Positions 25,261-37,935 of a DNA stretch of 60,000 nucleotides are shown here, one piece after another (the first letter of the stretch is position 1; every line of letters begins with the position of its first letter). Source of the stretch: Mobula hypostoma (taxonomy: Eukaryota); the NCBI RefSeq assembly GCF_963921235.1, contig NC_086097.1:106890001-106950000 (forward strand), written 5' to 3'. The notes under the pieces are model-generated. The model ran no database searches and was not told the DNA's origin. It saw only the letters and a program-made list of their open reading frames with translations. The position numbers were made by a program, and so were the translations under genes.

Positions 25261-26930
25261 ACATAGAAACATAGAAAAATAGGTGCAAGAGTTGACCATT
25301 CGGCTCTTCGAGCCTGCACCGCCATTCAGTATGATTATGGCTGATCATCCAACTCAGAACCCTGTACCAGCCTTCTCTCCATACCCCCGATCCCTCTAGC
25401 TAACTCCCTCTTAAATATAGCCAATTAACTGGTTTCGACTGTTTCCTGTGGCACAGAATTCCACAGATTCACCACTCCCTGTGTGAAGAAGCTTTTCCTA
25501 ATCTCGGTCCTAAAAGGCTTCCCCTTTATCCTCAAACTGTGACCCCTCGTTCTGGACTTCCCCAACATTAGGAACAATCTTCCTGCATCTAGCCTGTCCA
25601 ATCCCTTTAGGATTTTATATGTTTCAATAAAATCCCCCCTCAATCTTCTAAATTCCAACAAGTATAAGCCTAGTTCATCCAGTCTTTCATCATATGAAAG
25701 TCCTGCCATCCCAGGAATCAATCTGGTGAATCTTCTTTGTACTCCCTCTGTGGCAAGAATGTCTTTCCTCAGATTAGGGGACCAAAACTGCACACAATAC
25801 TCCAGGTGTGGTCTCACCAAGGCCTTGTACAACTGCAGTAGTACCTCCCTGCTCCTATACTCGAATCCTCTTGCTATGAATGCCAGCATACCATTCACCT
25901 TTTTCATCGCCTGCTGTACCTGCATGCCCACTTTCAATGACTGGTGTATAATGACACCCAGGTCTCGTTGCACCTCCCCTTTTCCTAATCGGCCACCATT
26001 CAGATAATAATCTGTTTTCCTGTTTTTGCCACCAAAGTGGATAACCTCACATTTATCCACATTAAATTGCATCTGCCATGAATTTGCCCACTCACCTTAT
26101 CTATCCAAGTCACCCTGCATCCTCTTAGCATCATCCTCACAGCTAACACTGCCGCCCAGCTTCGTGTCATCCGCAAACTTGGAGATGCTGCATTTAATTC
26201 CCTCATCCAAGTCATTAATATATATTGTAAACAACTGGGGTCACAGCACTGAGCCTTGCGGTACCCCTCTAGTCACTGCCTGCCATTCTGAAAAGGTCCC
26301 GTTTATTCCCATTCTTTGCTTCCTGTCTGCCAACCAATTCTCTATCCACATCAATACCTTACCCCCAATACCATGTGCTTTAAGTTTGCACACTAATCTC
26401 CTGTGTGGGACCTTGTCAAAAGCCTTTTGAAAATCCAAATATACCACATCCACTGGTTCTCCCCTATCCACTCTACTGGTTACATCCTCAAAAAATTCTA
26501 TGAGATTCGTCATACATGATTTTCCTTTCACAAATCCATGCTGACTTTGTCCGATGGTTTCACCGCTTTCCAAATGTGCTGTTATCACATCCTTGATAAC
26601 TGACTCTAGCATTTTCCCCACCACCGATGTTAGGCTAACCAGTCTATAATTCCCCGGTTTCTCTCTCCCTCCTATTTTAAAAAATGGGGTTACATTAGGC
26701 ACCCTCCAATCCTCAGGAACTAGTCCAGAATCTAAAGAGCTTTGAAAAATTATCACTAATGCATCCACTATTTCTTGGGCTACTTCCTTAAGCACTCTGG
26801 GATGCAGACCATCTGGCCCTGGGGATTTATCTGCCTTTAATCCCTTCAATTTACCTAATACCACTTCCCTACTAACATGTTCAGTTCCTCCATCTCACTG
26901 TCCCCACTATTTCCAGAAGATTATTTATTT
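25261..26930 (-). mobile_element. 5'-truncated CR1 LINE (RT)
   Basis: ORFs 26241-26864 and 25425-26072 with DFQKAFDKVPH and VRPHLEYCVQFWSP. (TTTCTATG)n tail. Confidence 0.95.
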
Positions 26931-28376
26931 ATGGGACGACGACTAATCACAGAAATGTTGATGGATTGTCCTGTTTATCCTCGGAAAAGGAAATACCTGA
27001 AAAATTTACAGAAGTGGAAATATTCTTTCTACTGCAAATCAAAAGTTTCCCTATTACATAAGAGATGATCCAAAGGGAAATTAGTGAAGATCCCACATTG
27101 TCTCAGGTCTTCACGGCAATCCAAAATTGCTGGAATGTACAGCAGCAATTCCAGTTCTCCCATTTTTACCAGCTCTGGGGTGAATTTGCTCCTGATAGGG
27201 GGTTGCGTTATGTGGTGATTGAGAGTTGATGCACTATCCAAGCTGAGAGCTGAAGTATTGGAGCAGCTACATGCTGGTCACTTAGGCACAGTCAAAATGA
27301 AAGTGCTGGCTTGAAGCTTTGTCTGGTGGCCTGGGATAGATCAGCAGATCAAACAGCTTGCCATGCATGTTCAGAATGTCAACACATCCAGAAGATGCCA
27401 TGAACAGGGCCTCTGCATCCCTGGGAATGGCTTGTATTGCCCTGTCAGAGGATTCATGTGGATTTTGCCAGACCATTCATGAACAGAAATTTCTTGGTAG
27501 TAGTGGATGCAGCTCCCAATAGCCTCCACTACAGCCTCCCACACTGGTGATGTACTGAGAAGCCTCTTCTCAAGGACTGGTGTTCCAGAACACTTAGTCA
27601 GTGACAATGGACCACAGCTTGTTGTGGAACAGTTTCAGTCATCCCTGAGAATGAATAGAATAAGACATATTCTGTCTGCATTGTACCATGCAGCTACAAA
27701 TGGCTTGGTGGGCAATGTCAGCAGAACACACTACACTGAATCAGAAACTTGCCAATTTCCTATTTTAATATCACAATGCAGCACACTCCACAACCAACAA
27801 CTCATGAGCTAACAGTCACAGGGCTTTATCACTATAATTGGCTTATTATTGAAGTAGCATCTGCATTGCACTCTGGCAGAAAGTGCACTCAGTGTTACCT
27901 GGATGACATCATTATTTTGGTGAGGATGACAAGGAACCTTCAAAATCTCAAGCTAGTGTTAAAAAATTAGAAGAAAATTGACTTAGAGCACAATACATCA
28001 AGTGTGAATTCTTTGAACCAAACATGACTTACTATGGTCACACTATTAACGCCTAAGCATTACACAAGTGTGCTGAGATAATTCAAGCAATGGTGAATGC
28101 CCCAAGGCCAAAGGACTTATCACAATTGCAGTTCTTTTTAGGATTTTTCAATTACTACAACAGGTTCCTGCCAAGCCTGGCTACTGTGCTCTACCCCTTG
28201 AACTCATTACTACAGATCGGGAAGAAATGGTAATGAACAAAGCACTGTGAGGTGGTTTACCTAAAGGCAAAGGAAATGGTGATGTCAGACACTGTACTCA
28301 CACATTATGATCCATATTGTCCTGTGAAGCTTCCTTTGACACCTCACTTTAAGACATAGGTGCAGTTATGTCATAC

Positions 28377-30720
28377 GTTCGGCATGACAAGCATTGACCA
28401 CACTTCTTGCTGCGACGACATAAGGATGTTTCAAGATCCACTCTTCTTGATTCGCTCCACAGTAGACAAACTCCTTGTTGCATCTGTGTGAGCGTCTATG
28501 AGCTGTTGATATCAGTCGGTAGCAGTCTCCTCCTCCCCCCTTTCCAGTGGCCTGAAGCGATTTCTCACCTCCACTATGTACTGGGCTTGAAGAATAGGTT
28601 GTGAGGAGAATGGCTTCCAGTCTACCTTCTCCTTGGGACCTGTGGCTTTGGGTTGCCGCAGGCTCAGTTTCACTTGCATTGACACTACTCTGTGGTCAGA
28701 ACTGACCGAGTTGAAGGTGCTGTAGGCTTCTGTGTTGATCACACAATTACGCCATTTTGTTCTTACAAGGATGTAATCGAGCTGTTTCCTGTAGATGGAG
28801 GCTCTGTTTTCGTATGTCCACAGTTTACCAGCTCATTTCTTGAATTGTGTGCTGGCGGCAATGAGACTGTGTTCCTGGATGTCATGCCGAACTTAGAAGG
28901 AGCGAAACAAAGAGCTAAGAAACAAGTTCAAGACAGCAAAGAAGAATCTCTTTGCCACCTACGACCCAATGAGGGAAGAGGAACTAGCTGAGAGGTTTAG
29001 AGAGATAGAGGCTGCTAATGAAGACATGCAGCATGGAGAAGCATGGCACCTAGTCAATGAGATCAGTAGACAGAAGAAGTCCCCATCAGGTCAAATAAGT
29101 GGTAAAACAGCAGAGGACTGTGTCCAGACATGGCTTACCCACTTTAAGAACCTGCTGGGAAACCCTCCAAAGATCACAGAAGAAGAAGAGGACATACCCA
29201 TGATATTAACACAAGTCGACATCGATGACGGCCATTGAGGAACTGAAGAAGGCCAAATATGCACTCAAACAGGGCAGGCGCGCTGGACCAGATGAGATAC
29301 CACCAGATGTCCTGAAGAACTGCGACCTGGACAACATCTTGCTGTACATATGTAAATACAGCATTGATGAAAGGCGACAAACCAGAACAGTGGTCACTCT
29401 CAAACATTATCCCAGTCCCCAAGTCTGGATCCCTCACGAAGACAGATATCTACCGCGATATCAGCTTGACCTGCATCTTAGCAAAGTTATACAATCGGAT
29501 GATCTTGAACAGGATTTGCACCGCCATTGACTCTATGCTAAGATTCAATCAGAATGGTTTTCGGCAGAAGCACACAACGGTAATACAAATACTTGCTCTC
29601 TGTAGAATCATCAAGGAAGTTGAGAAGAACAACCTATTAGCCATGCTTAAATCGATTTTCGCAAAGCTTTTGACTCCATTCACAGAGGTAAAATGCTGAA
29701 GATCCTGAAAGCTTACCATGCCAGACCAGACCATCTACTGAGAGCAATAGAGTCCAGCTATACCAAAACCATGGCGAAAGTTGTATCACCAGACGGAGAA
29801 ACAGCAGTGTTCGAGCTCCTAGCTGGTGTGCTGCAAGGAGACACTCTGGCACCCTACATCTTTATAATCGTCCTTGATTATGCTCTGCGACAAGCTACCA
29901 AAGACCATGACAAGCTTGATTTTACCATAAAACCAGGACGAACCAAAAGACTCAGACCAGTTATGCCCACAGATCTCGATTTTGCAGATGACATAGTCCT
30001 GCTCTCTGACCAGATGGAGGAAGCACAGCAGCTACTGACAAAAGTGGAAATTGAGTGCAATAAAGTTGGACTTCACCTAAACGCTAAAAAGTACATGGCA
30101 TTTAACTGCGACGAAGATACTCTCAAGACAGTACAGAATGGTACCATTAAGAAAGTCTTTGACTACAAGTACCTCGAGTCAAGAATGATGAACTCAGAGA
30201 AGGACATAAAGATACGGAAGGCGCTGGCGTGGAGGGCTATGAACAACATGAAGGAAACCTGGAAGTTGAACCTGACCAGAGGGCTTAAAAAGAGGATTTT
30301 CATAGCAGTCATAGAGTCCATTCTCACGTACTCACCAAGACTATGTGAAAGTCTCTAGATGGTTGCTATACATGAATGCTCCGGATGGCTCTTGACGTGA
30401 GTTGGCAACAGCACGATTAACGTCGAGCTCTATAACGACCTACCAATGCTCACCACCAAAATCAAGGCAAGAAAACTGCAGCTAGCGGGGTACTGTCTAT
30501 GCCACCCCGAGCTACCTGCCAGCCTAGTCATCATATGGGAGCCCAAGCACGGGAGGATGAACCCTGGGTGCCCTCCCAAGACTATGGTCAACACACTCCT
30601 AGAAGACAGCGGCGTGGCTAATGTAGATGAACTGAACACACTGATGAGGGAGAGGGAGAAGTGAAGAGTCCGTCATCATGCCCGACGCCAGCCCCCTAGG
30701 CTTGAGTCGACGTAGTAGCA
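28377..30720 (+). mobile_element. RTE/RTEX-type LINE with inverted 5' segment
   Basis: 28377-28879 minus-strand APE piece (SSDHRVV). 28880-30720 plus-strand RT (GVLQGDTLAPYIF, DLDFADDIVLL). (TAG)n tail. Confidence 0.88.
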
Positions 30721-31407
30721 GTACGTCACATGTTATGAACGATGGAAGTGAACGCCACATAACCTTTGCATCACATTCCCTTACTGCTGCAGAGAAAAAT
30801 TACACAGAGATTGACAGAGAGGCCTTGTTTAGGGTGTAAACATTTCAACCAGTACCTGTATTAGACAGGGTTTACCTTCATTACTGATCACCTACCACTA
30901 GTGTCAATTTTCAAACCTCAGAAAGGTGGTCTACTAACAACAACAGCACAAATACAGAGATCTGTCCTGTTTCTTGCAGGACACAATTACAGGATCGAAT
31001 TCAAGAGGACAACTAATCATGGAAGTGCTAATGAATTGTTGCATTTACCACTGAAAAAGGAGATACCCAAAGCACTTACAAAGAAGAACACCCCTCTTGA
31101 TGTATTCTCCCAAACACAAACTGAAAGTCTCTCTTTACCACAGAAGTGATCCAAAGGGAAACTAGAAAAAAACCCACACTGTCTCAGGTCAACATTGCCA
31201 CTCATAATGGCTGGAAAGTGCAGCAGAAATTCCAGCTCTCCCATTCTACCAGCGCTGGAATGAAAACCTTTTCCGGGGGAGAGATTGCCTGATGTGGGAA
31301 TTGAGAATTGTACCATCCAAGCTGAGAACTAAAGTGTTAGAGGTGCTACATGCCAGTCATCTTGGCATAGTCAAAATGAAAATGTTGTCTCAAAGCTTTG
31401 TCTGCTC

Positions 31408-31645
31408 ATAGAGTCATAGAGATATACCGCACAGAAACAGGCCCTTTGACCCATCTAGTCCATGCCAAAACTATTAAAACTGCCTACTCTAATCAACCTG
31501 CACTGGGACCATGGTCCTCCAAACCCCTACCATCCATGTACCTATCCATACTTCTCTTAAATGTTGAAATCAAGCTTGCATGCACCATTTGTGCAGGCAG
31601 CTCATTCGACATTCTCACAAACCTCTGAGTGAAGAAGTTTCCCCT
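31408..31645 (-). mobile_element. Short CR1 3' fragment inserted in Gypsy integrase
   Basis: CATAGAGTCATAGAG tail and GNFFTQR-like sequence on the minus strand. Gypsy sequence resumes after it. Confidence 0.7.
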
Positions 31646-32239
31646 GCTGGCCTGGGATAGATTAGCAGATTGAGCAGTTTGTCATGCACTGTTTAGGAGG
31701 CTAAGGGCAGCACCTTTCAATCCCTGGGAATAGACTTGGCAGAGGATTCTTGTGGATTTTTCCCTACCATTCAGGGGCACAAATTTCTTAGTGGTAGTGG
31801 AGGCAGCCACCAAGTGGCCAGAAGCATTCCCAATAGCTTCCTCCACAGTTTCTCTTTGTTAATGTGTTGGGAAGCTTCTTTTCAGGACTGGTGTTCCAGA
31901 ACAGTTAGTCTGTGACAGGAGACCCTAGTTTGTTGAGGATCAGTTTCAGTCATTCCTGAAAATGAATGGAATAAGACATATGGCATCTGAACCATACCAC
32001 TCAGCTACAAATGGCTTGGTGGAAATGTGTGTCAAAATTGCATATTTGGAAAAATTAAGGACAGAACTTGACCACTCTCCTACACAGTGGAGATTGTGTC
32101 TGATGTTGAGGAGAGCAGAGTTAATTGTTGGAGAAGAAATGTGTCCAGATCTTTCAGATCCACCTCCTGCAGTCCCAGAATCGACTCCTGCAACCACCAG
32201 GGAGGAAACTCAGAATCTGAGACTGTTTTACAACCGCAG

Positions 32240-32341
32240 ACACGAGAAAATCTGCAGATGCTGGAAATTCAAGCAACACACACAAAAAACGCTGGTGAAC
32301 GCAGCAGGCCAGGCAGCATCTATAGGAAGAGGTACAGTCGA
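32240..32341 (-). mobile_element. PLE tail fragment
   Basis: Reverse complement matches 59401-59505. Confidence 0.85.
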
Positions 32342-33130
32342 GGAAATACGTTATCCCACAAAAGTAAGAAATCTTCCACAGCAATGAAATCTTTAGGCCT
32401 AAATGGGACAATTTAAAATTTACAATGCTGTGGATTTATATATAGTAGTTGTATTATACGGCATAGTATACTGTATGTGTACATATATGTGTAAATAAGT
32501 TGAGATGCATTCTGTATTGAGTTGGAGTTTATAGCTAAGTAGGGAGGAGTGTTGTGTTTTTAATATTTGAGTAATATTGTAAGTATTGTTTGATTAAGAA
32601 TTCCTTGTTGTTTACATAATTAATTACAGGTTATATTTCAAATACATGAATACAAAGATCATTACGCCACCACATTGTACGTGTGCACCTCACAAAAGTA
32701 GAAACAAATCTTACACATTCTCCTGAGCTCTCATGTTTACCTTTTGATTCATTTCTGCAGTTACAAAACATAACAATAATGTCTGTAATTCTTAAAAATA
32801 AAAAAAAACAGTGCAGCCAGCTACAGGTGGAAGTTATTGTGTAGCTTGGGGGAGTCTATTAATAGTAATGGCAAGTCAAGATGTCATTTTGCTAATACTG
32901 ATCATAAGGTTCTGCTGGAAAAGATTCAAGTCTGGCACACTAGGGACTTCAGGATGCTACCAAAGTAAAGATGAAAATAGAGTATAGGGCAGAATTTGCA
33001 GTGGGCACTATTAATTCAAATATCTGCTGTTGTAAATTCTGATCCAAGTTACTGAAAGCCAGCATCACCATAGTCAAGCCTGCACCATTTCCAGTTAATA
33101 TACTCAAAATGCAAAACACTGATATCACTC

Positions 33131-33765
33131 TGTGGTTAAGAAGGCATACGGTGTATTGGCCTTCATCAATCGTGGAACTGAATTTAGGAGCAGAGAGGTA
33201 ATGTTGCAGCTATATAGGACCCTGGTCAGACCACACTTGGAGTACTGTGCTCAGTTCTGGTCGCCTCACTACAGGGAGGATGTGGAAGCCATAGAAAGGG
33301 CACAGAAGAGATTTACAAAGATGTTGCCTGGATTGGGGAGCATGCCTTATGAAAACAGGTTGAGTGAACTTTTCTCCTTGGAGCGACGAAGGATGAGAGG
33401 TGACCTGATAGAGGTGTACAAGATGATGAGAGGCACTGATCGTGTGGATAGTCAGAGGCTTTTTCCCAGGGCTGAAATGGTTGCCACAAGAGGACACAGG
33501 TTTAAGGTGCTGGGGAGTAGGTACAGAGGAGATGTCGGGAGTGAGTTTTTTACTCAAAGAGTAGTGAGTGAGTGGAATGGGCTGCCGGTAATGGTGGTTG
33601 AGGCGGATACGATAGGGTCTTTTAAGAGACTTTTGGATAGGTACATGGAGCTTAGAAAAATAGAGGGCTATGGGTAAGCCTAATAATTTCTAAGGTAGGG
33701 ACATGTTCGGCACAACTTTGTGGGTCAAAGGGCCTGTATTCTGCTGTAGGTTTTCTATGTTTCTA
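33131..33765 (+). mobile_element. CR1 LINE 3' fragment
   Basis: ORF 33132-33677 (LVRPHLEYCAQFWSP, FFTQRVV) and a TTTCTATGTTTCTATG tail. Confidence 0.92.
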
Positions 33766-33799
33766 TGCTGTTCCTGGATCTTCACTTGGATCTCCTCAA

Positions 33800-34190
33800 A
33801 CCCAATTTCAGAAGGAGTATGGAGGACACACAGCTGAGACAAATTGCGCTCTCTTCAAACAGAGAGGTTCGATGTTTTACTCCTGCACAGGCAACTACAG
33901 AGATAATCAGAAGTGGGTACTTAGAAAGATTAAGGACAGAACTGGACCACTCTCTTAACAGTGGAGATTGCCGCTGATGTCATCTGGAGACAACATTTTG
34001 ATCAATTAAGGAGAACAGAAGTCAATTTTTCAAGAAGAAAGGTATCCAGAGCTGACAGAACCATTTCCTGCAGACTCAGAATCAACTCCTATAACCACCA
34101 TGGATGAGGCCCCAGAACTTGAGATTCACAGCCGTATATCTCATCTGCCAAGCAAAGTGAGTCCTCTTGCCAGGAAAGATGTTAGAATCC
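33800..34190 (+). mobile_element. Fragment of the 3' pol region of the old Gypsy family
   Basis: Similar to 32040-32360 (AAGGACAGAACT(G/T)GACCACTCTC...CAGTGGAGATTG). Confidence 0.6.
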
Positions 34191-35069
34191 AGATCCAATT
34201 AATCTCCATTCCCTGCTGCCTAAAATCTCCTTTGGAATTTATTTTATATGTTCTTTTGTAAGCAGAAATCCACAGCACAAAAATGTCTATAATTTTCAAT
34301 AGAATGGTAAAATTTCTCAAAACTAATAACAGATATAGAAGATCTCCTATGCAACCAGACTGATAAAGCACAAATCAGAAGAACTTCCACAGCTAGTTCC
34401 AAGGATATCTCCGTCGGGAAACTTTGATGCCAAATTGCAAAATTGAAAATCTTTTCCAATCCCAAAAGTGACTTCCCTAATTGTTATCCAGTAAAAACAT
34501 GAACATCATTGAATACTTGATTATCACCTCCTCATGCAAGGAGTGAAGAACTGAGGAAAAATGCTCTGCTGAAGTGTGAGAAGGGAAACGTAATGAAATT
34601 TATCATGGAGCACTTACATTTTGCACTTCTGCAGAATAGTCTGTTTGATTCCAGAATTATTAGTAAACAAAGTTTAATTATATTCTTGTCTATAATTCAA
34701 TTAATAACCTTTTGAAGGCAGAGTAGGTTATGTAAAATACATGTTCAAAAATTCCCTTTATAGTACCTCGTTTTGTCTGTAGTCCAAACTGACAAAATAC
34801 TCCATTCTGCCGGGTTTTCAGCTCCAACTCTGTTTCTAGCAACTGCAAGCTACTTTTTGGCACAGATTACTGGTACATGTGGTAATCTCACTCACAAGGC
34901 ATATGGGAAGTTGGCACAGGAAATAAAAACACCTGTTTACTGGTGTGACAAAAGATGTATTTTTGAAGTCTAACAAAAGCAAATTTTGAACACTGTAGAA
35001 GGAGATTTTCAGCTTATCAATTTTGATTTGGGTATGGGATGAAAAAAGTGAGCAAATGTTCCAGATCCG

Positions 35070-36380
35070 CCAGAATCAGAATCATCATCGACATATGCCA
35101 GGAAATTTGTTGTTTTGTGGCAGCACTACAGCACAAGATTAAAATATTACTGAGAGTTTGAAATAATTATATAAATAATGCTAAAGAGGAATAATGAGGT
35201 AGTTTTCAGAGGTTCATAGACCATTCATAAATCTGATAGTGGAAGAGAAGAAGCTGTTCCTAAATCATCATGGACCATCAGGCTCCTGTAGTTATGAAAA
35301 GAAGGCAAGTACCAGATGGTGAGGATCTTTAATAATAGATGCCGCCTTCTCAAGGCACCACCTACTGAAGATGTCCCCAGTGGTAGCCAGTGTTATACCT
35401 GTGACAGAGCTAGTTGAATCTACAACCCTCTGCAGCCTCTTGCCATCCTGTGTATTGGAGTTTCCATACCAGTCTATGATGCAATCAATCAGAATAGTCT
35501 TTTTGTCATACTAAATTTCCTCAAACTCCCAATGAAATAGAGCTGGTTGCATACCTTCTTCATGATTGCATCAATATGTTTGGACACAAACACTGAGATG
35601 TTGATGTCCAGGAACTCAAAGCTCCTCAGCCTTTCCACTTCTAACCCCTCAATGAGCTGTGTGCTGTCCTGACTTCCCCCTTCCCGAAGTCCACAATCAA
35701 TTTCTTAGTTTTGCAGATGATATTGACTGTGCCTGTTGCTGTGACTCCACTCAACCAGCTGATCTACAATACCTCAGTAATTTTTTTGCTTCACATCACC
35801 ATCTGAGATCTGCCAACAACATACATATCATTAGTGAATTTATAGATGCCATTTGAGCTGTGCCTAGCCACAGAGTCATGAGTGTACAGAAAGAAGATCA
35901 ATGGGCTAAGCACACATCCTTGAGGTGTATCAGTGTTGATTGTGGTCTCCTGATGTGGATGTCAAGGATCCATTTGCAGAGGTAGGCACAGTGGCCCAGT
36001 TTTTGAAGATTTCTGATTAGTACTGAAAGGATGATGATGTTGAATGCTGAGCTGTATTCGATAAAGAGCAGTCTGATGTATTTTTTGCTGTTGTCTAAGT
36101 GCTCCAAAGCTGAGGTGGAGAGCCAGTGAGATTGCATTCACATTAGACCTGTTGAGGTAGCAGGCAAACTGTAGCAGGTCCAGGTCTTTACTCAGGCAGG
36201 AGTTAATTCTAGCCATGAACAACCACTCAAAGCACTTCAACACAGTAATCTAAGTCCTACTGAGTAATAGTCATTGAGGCAGCTCACCCTTGGGTATCGG
36301 AATGATGCCCTTTCAAAGCAGGCAGGAATCTCTGGCTGCAGCAATGAGAGGTTTAAGATGTCCTTGAACACTTCAGCCAA
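35070..36380 (-). mobile_element. Degraded Rex1/Babar LINE (RT)
   Basis: KCFEWL, LDLLQFACYLNRS and YIRLLFIEYSSAFNII in minus-strand ORFs. (AGAATC)n tail near 35072. Confidence 0.75.
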
Positions 36381-37150
36381 TTAAGAACTACAGAGCCAAA
36401 TATGTCTGTATAAATAAAATGCCATTTTGTGCCTGTTTTTATAGCATTTGTAACAATTTGAAAAACTTAAATGAATATTGGAGAAGAAAATGCGTAGTGC
36501 TGGAAAACAAGAGTTGGATTTACAAGTACAATGTACTAAAAACCCAAGCTTGTTTGACTCAGTACAGGTCACACATAAAATTTATACCACAGCTTCATTA
36601 TCATGAGTATAATGGTCAGAGAGTGCCAACCGTGTTGATTCTGTATAAGAACATAATCTGGCATGCTATTAAGTGAGTGTCTGGCATCATCTGAAGGATG
36701 CTGGAGCTGATGGAAACAACGATATTAATTCCTGTAACAGATGCCGTCATTGCCTCCAACCACTACCGGAAACTATTCTTTGAGAAGATTGATCAAGGTC
36801 CAGCAGAAATCATACCACCAGATTCATGGAATCCATCCAGGACTATCATGGAGCACCACTGAGTCAATCTCAAGAGTAAAGCTACTTGACATAAATGTTG
36901 TGCCACAAAAAGTTTAATGATTTAGTGTTCATGGTCGAGTCTGATAAAAATATTGGCAAATCCTGTTTCCCATTTGCAGCGCTAACCTTACACAATACTC
37001 AATATAGTGCATCCCATATCTTCTTTAGTAAACACCACTATCAACGATGAATCCACTTATTTCCTTGCAGGATAATTTACAGGATACTTGTCTGGGATTT
37101 GATACTGAATATTGGTCAGGATCGTATGTTTCCTTCTTAGTACTATAATT

Positions 37151-37235
37151 TAGCCTGACGAAGGGTCTCGGCCCGAAACGTCGACTGTACCTCTTCCTAT
37201 AGATACTGCATTCACCAGCAATTTTTATGTGTGTT
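37151..37235 (+). mobile_element. Young PLE tail with hammerhead core 37155-37182
   Basis: CTGACGAAGGGTCTCGGCCCGAAACGTCGACTG. Confidence 0.85.
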
Positions 37236-37935
37236 ACCTGTGAGTCTGTTGGGGTCATCTATGGTATCTGGTGCCCCCAGTGTGGCTTTCTCTACATCGG
37301 TGAGACGCAACGTGGATTGGGGAACTGTTTCATGAAGCATCTCCACTCAGTTCACCACAAAAGGTAGGAGGTCTCAGTGGACACCCATTGCATACTTCCC
37401 ATTCCGATTTTGACATGTCTGTTCATGACCTCCTCTACTACCATGATGAGTTCAAACTCAGGTTTAAGAAACAACACCTCATATTCCATCTGGGTACCCT
37501 CCCACCTGATGGCATAATCATCAATTTCTTCATCTTCTAATAATTTCTCTTTCTCTTTATTCCATTCCCTATTCTGGTTACCCTTTCATCCTTTCTCTAC
37601 TCCTCAGCTGCCTGTCATCACCTTCTCATTCCCATCCTCCTTCCCTTTCTTTCATAGTCCACTGTCCTCTCCTCTCCTACTGGATTCCTCCTTCATCAGC
37701 TCTTTATCTCTTCCACTCATCCCCTCCCCTATCCACCCACCTTCCTCCTCACCTACTTTCACCTATCACCTGTCAACCGTACTCCTTTCCTTCCGCCATC
37801 TTCTTGTTCTGGCTTCTGTCCCCTTCCTTTCTGGTCTTGCTAAAGGTTCTCAGGCCAAAATGTCAACTGTTTATTCCCCTCCATAGATAATGCCTGACCT
37901 GCTGAGCTCCTCCACTATTTTGTGTGTTTGTCCAG
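37236..37935 (+). mobile_element. Older PLE 3' fragment with GIY-YIG motif
   Basis: TCESVGVIYGIWCPQCGFLYIGETQR, pyrimidine-rich UTR, decayed hammerhead near 37833-37870. Confidence 0.8.

Larger units (their letters stand above)
24211..32775 (+). mobile_element. Old, rearranged Gypsy LTR element with nested insertions
   Basis: Related LTRs 24211-24455 and 32550-32775 (TG...TAACA). PBS-like TAGCGACAAGGA and PPT AGGGAGGAG. gag remnant about 24650-25200, RT QCYLDDIII near 27890, RNase H near 30730-31050, IN near 27060-27800 and 31140-32030. Confidence 0.8.

Noticed and set aside
26026..26430. Antisense ORFs ending ...LCGTLSKAF (also 4619-4945 and 54565-55041)
   Set aside because: Shadow frames opposite the conserved CR1 RT.
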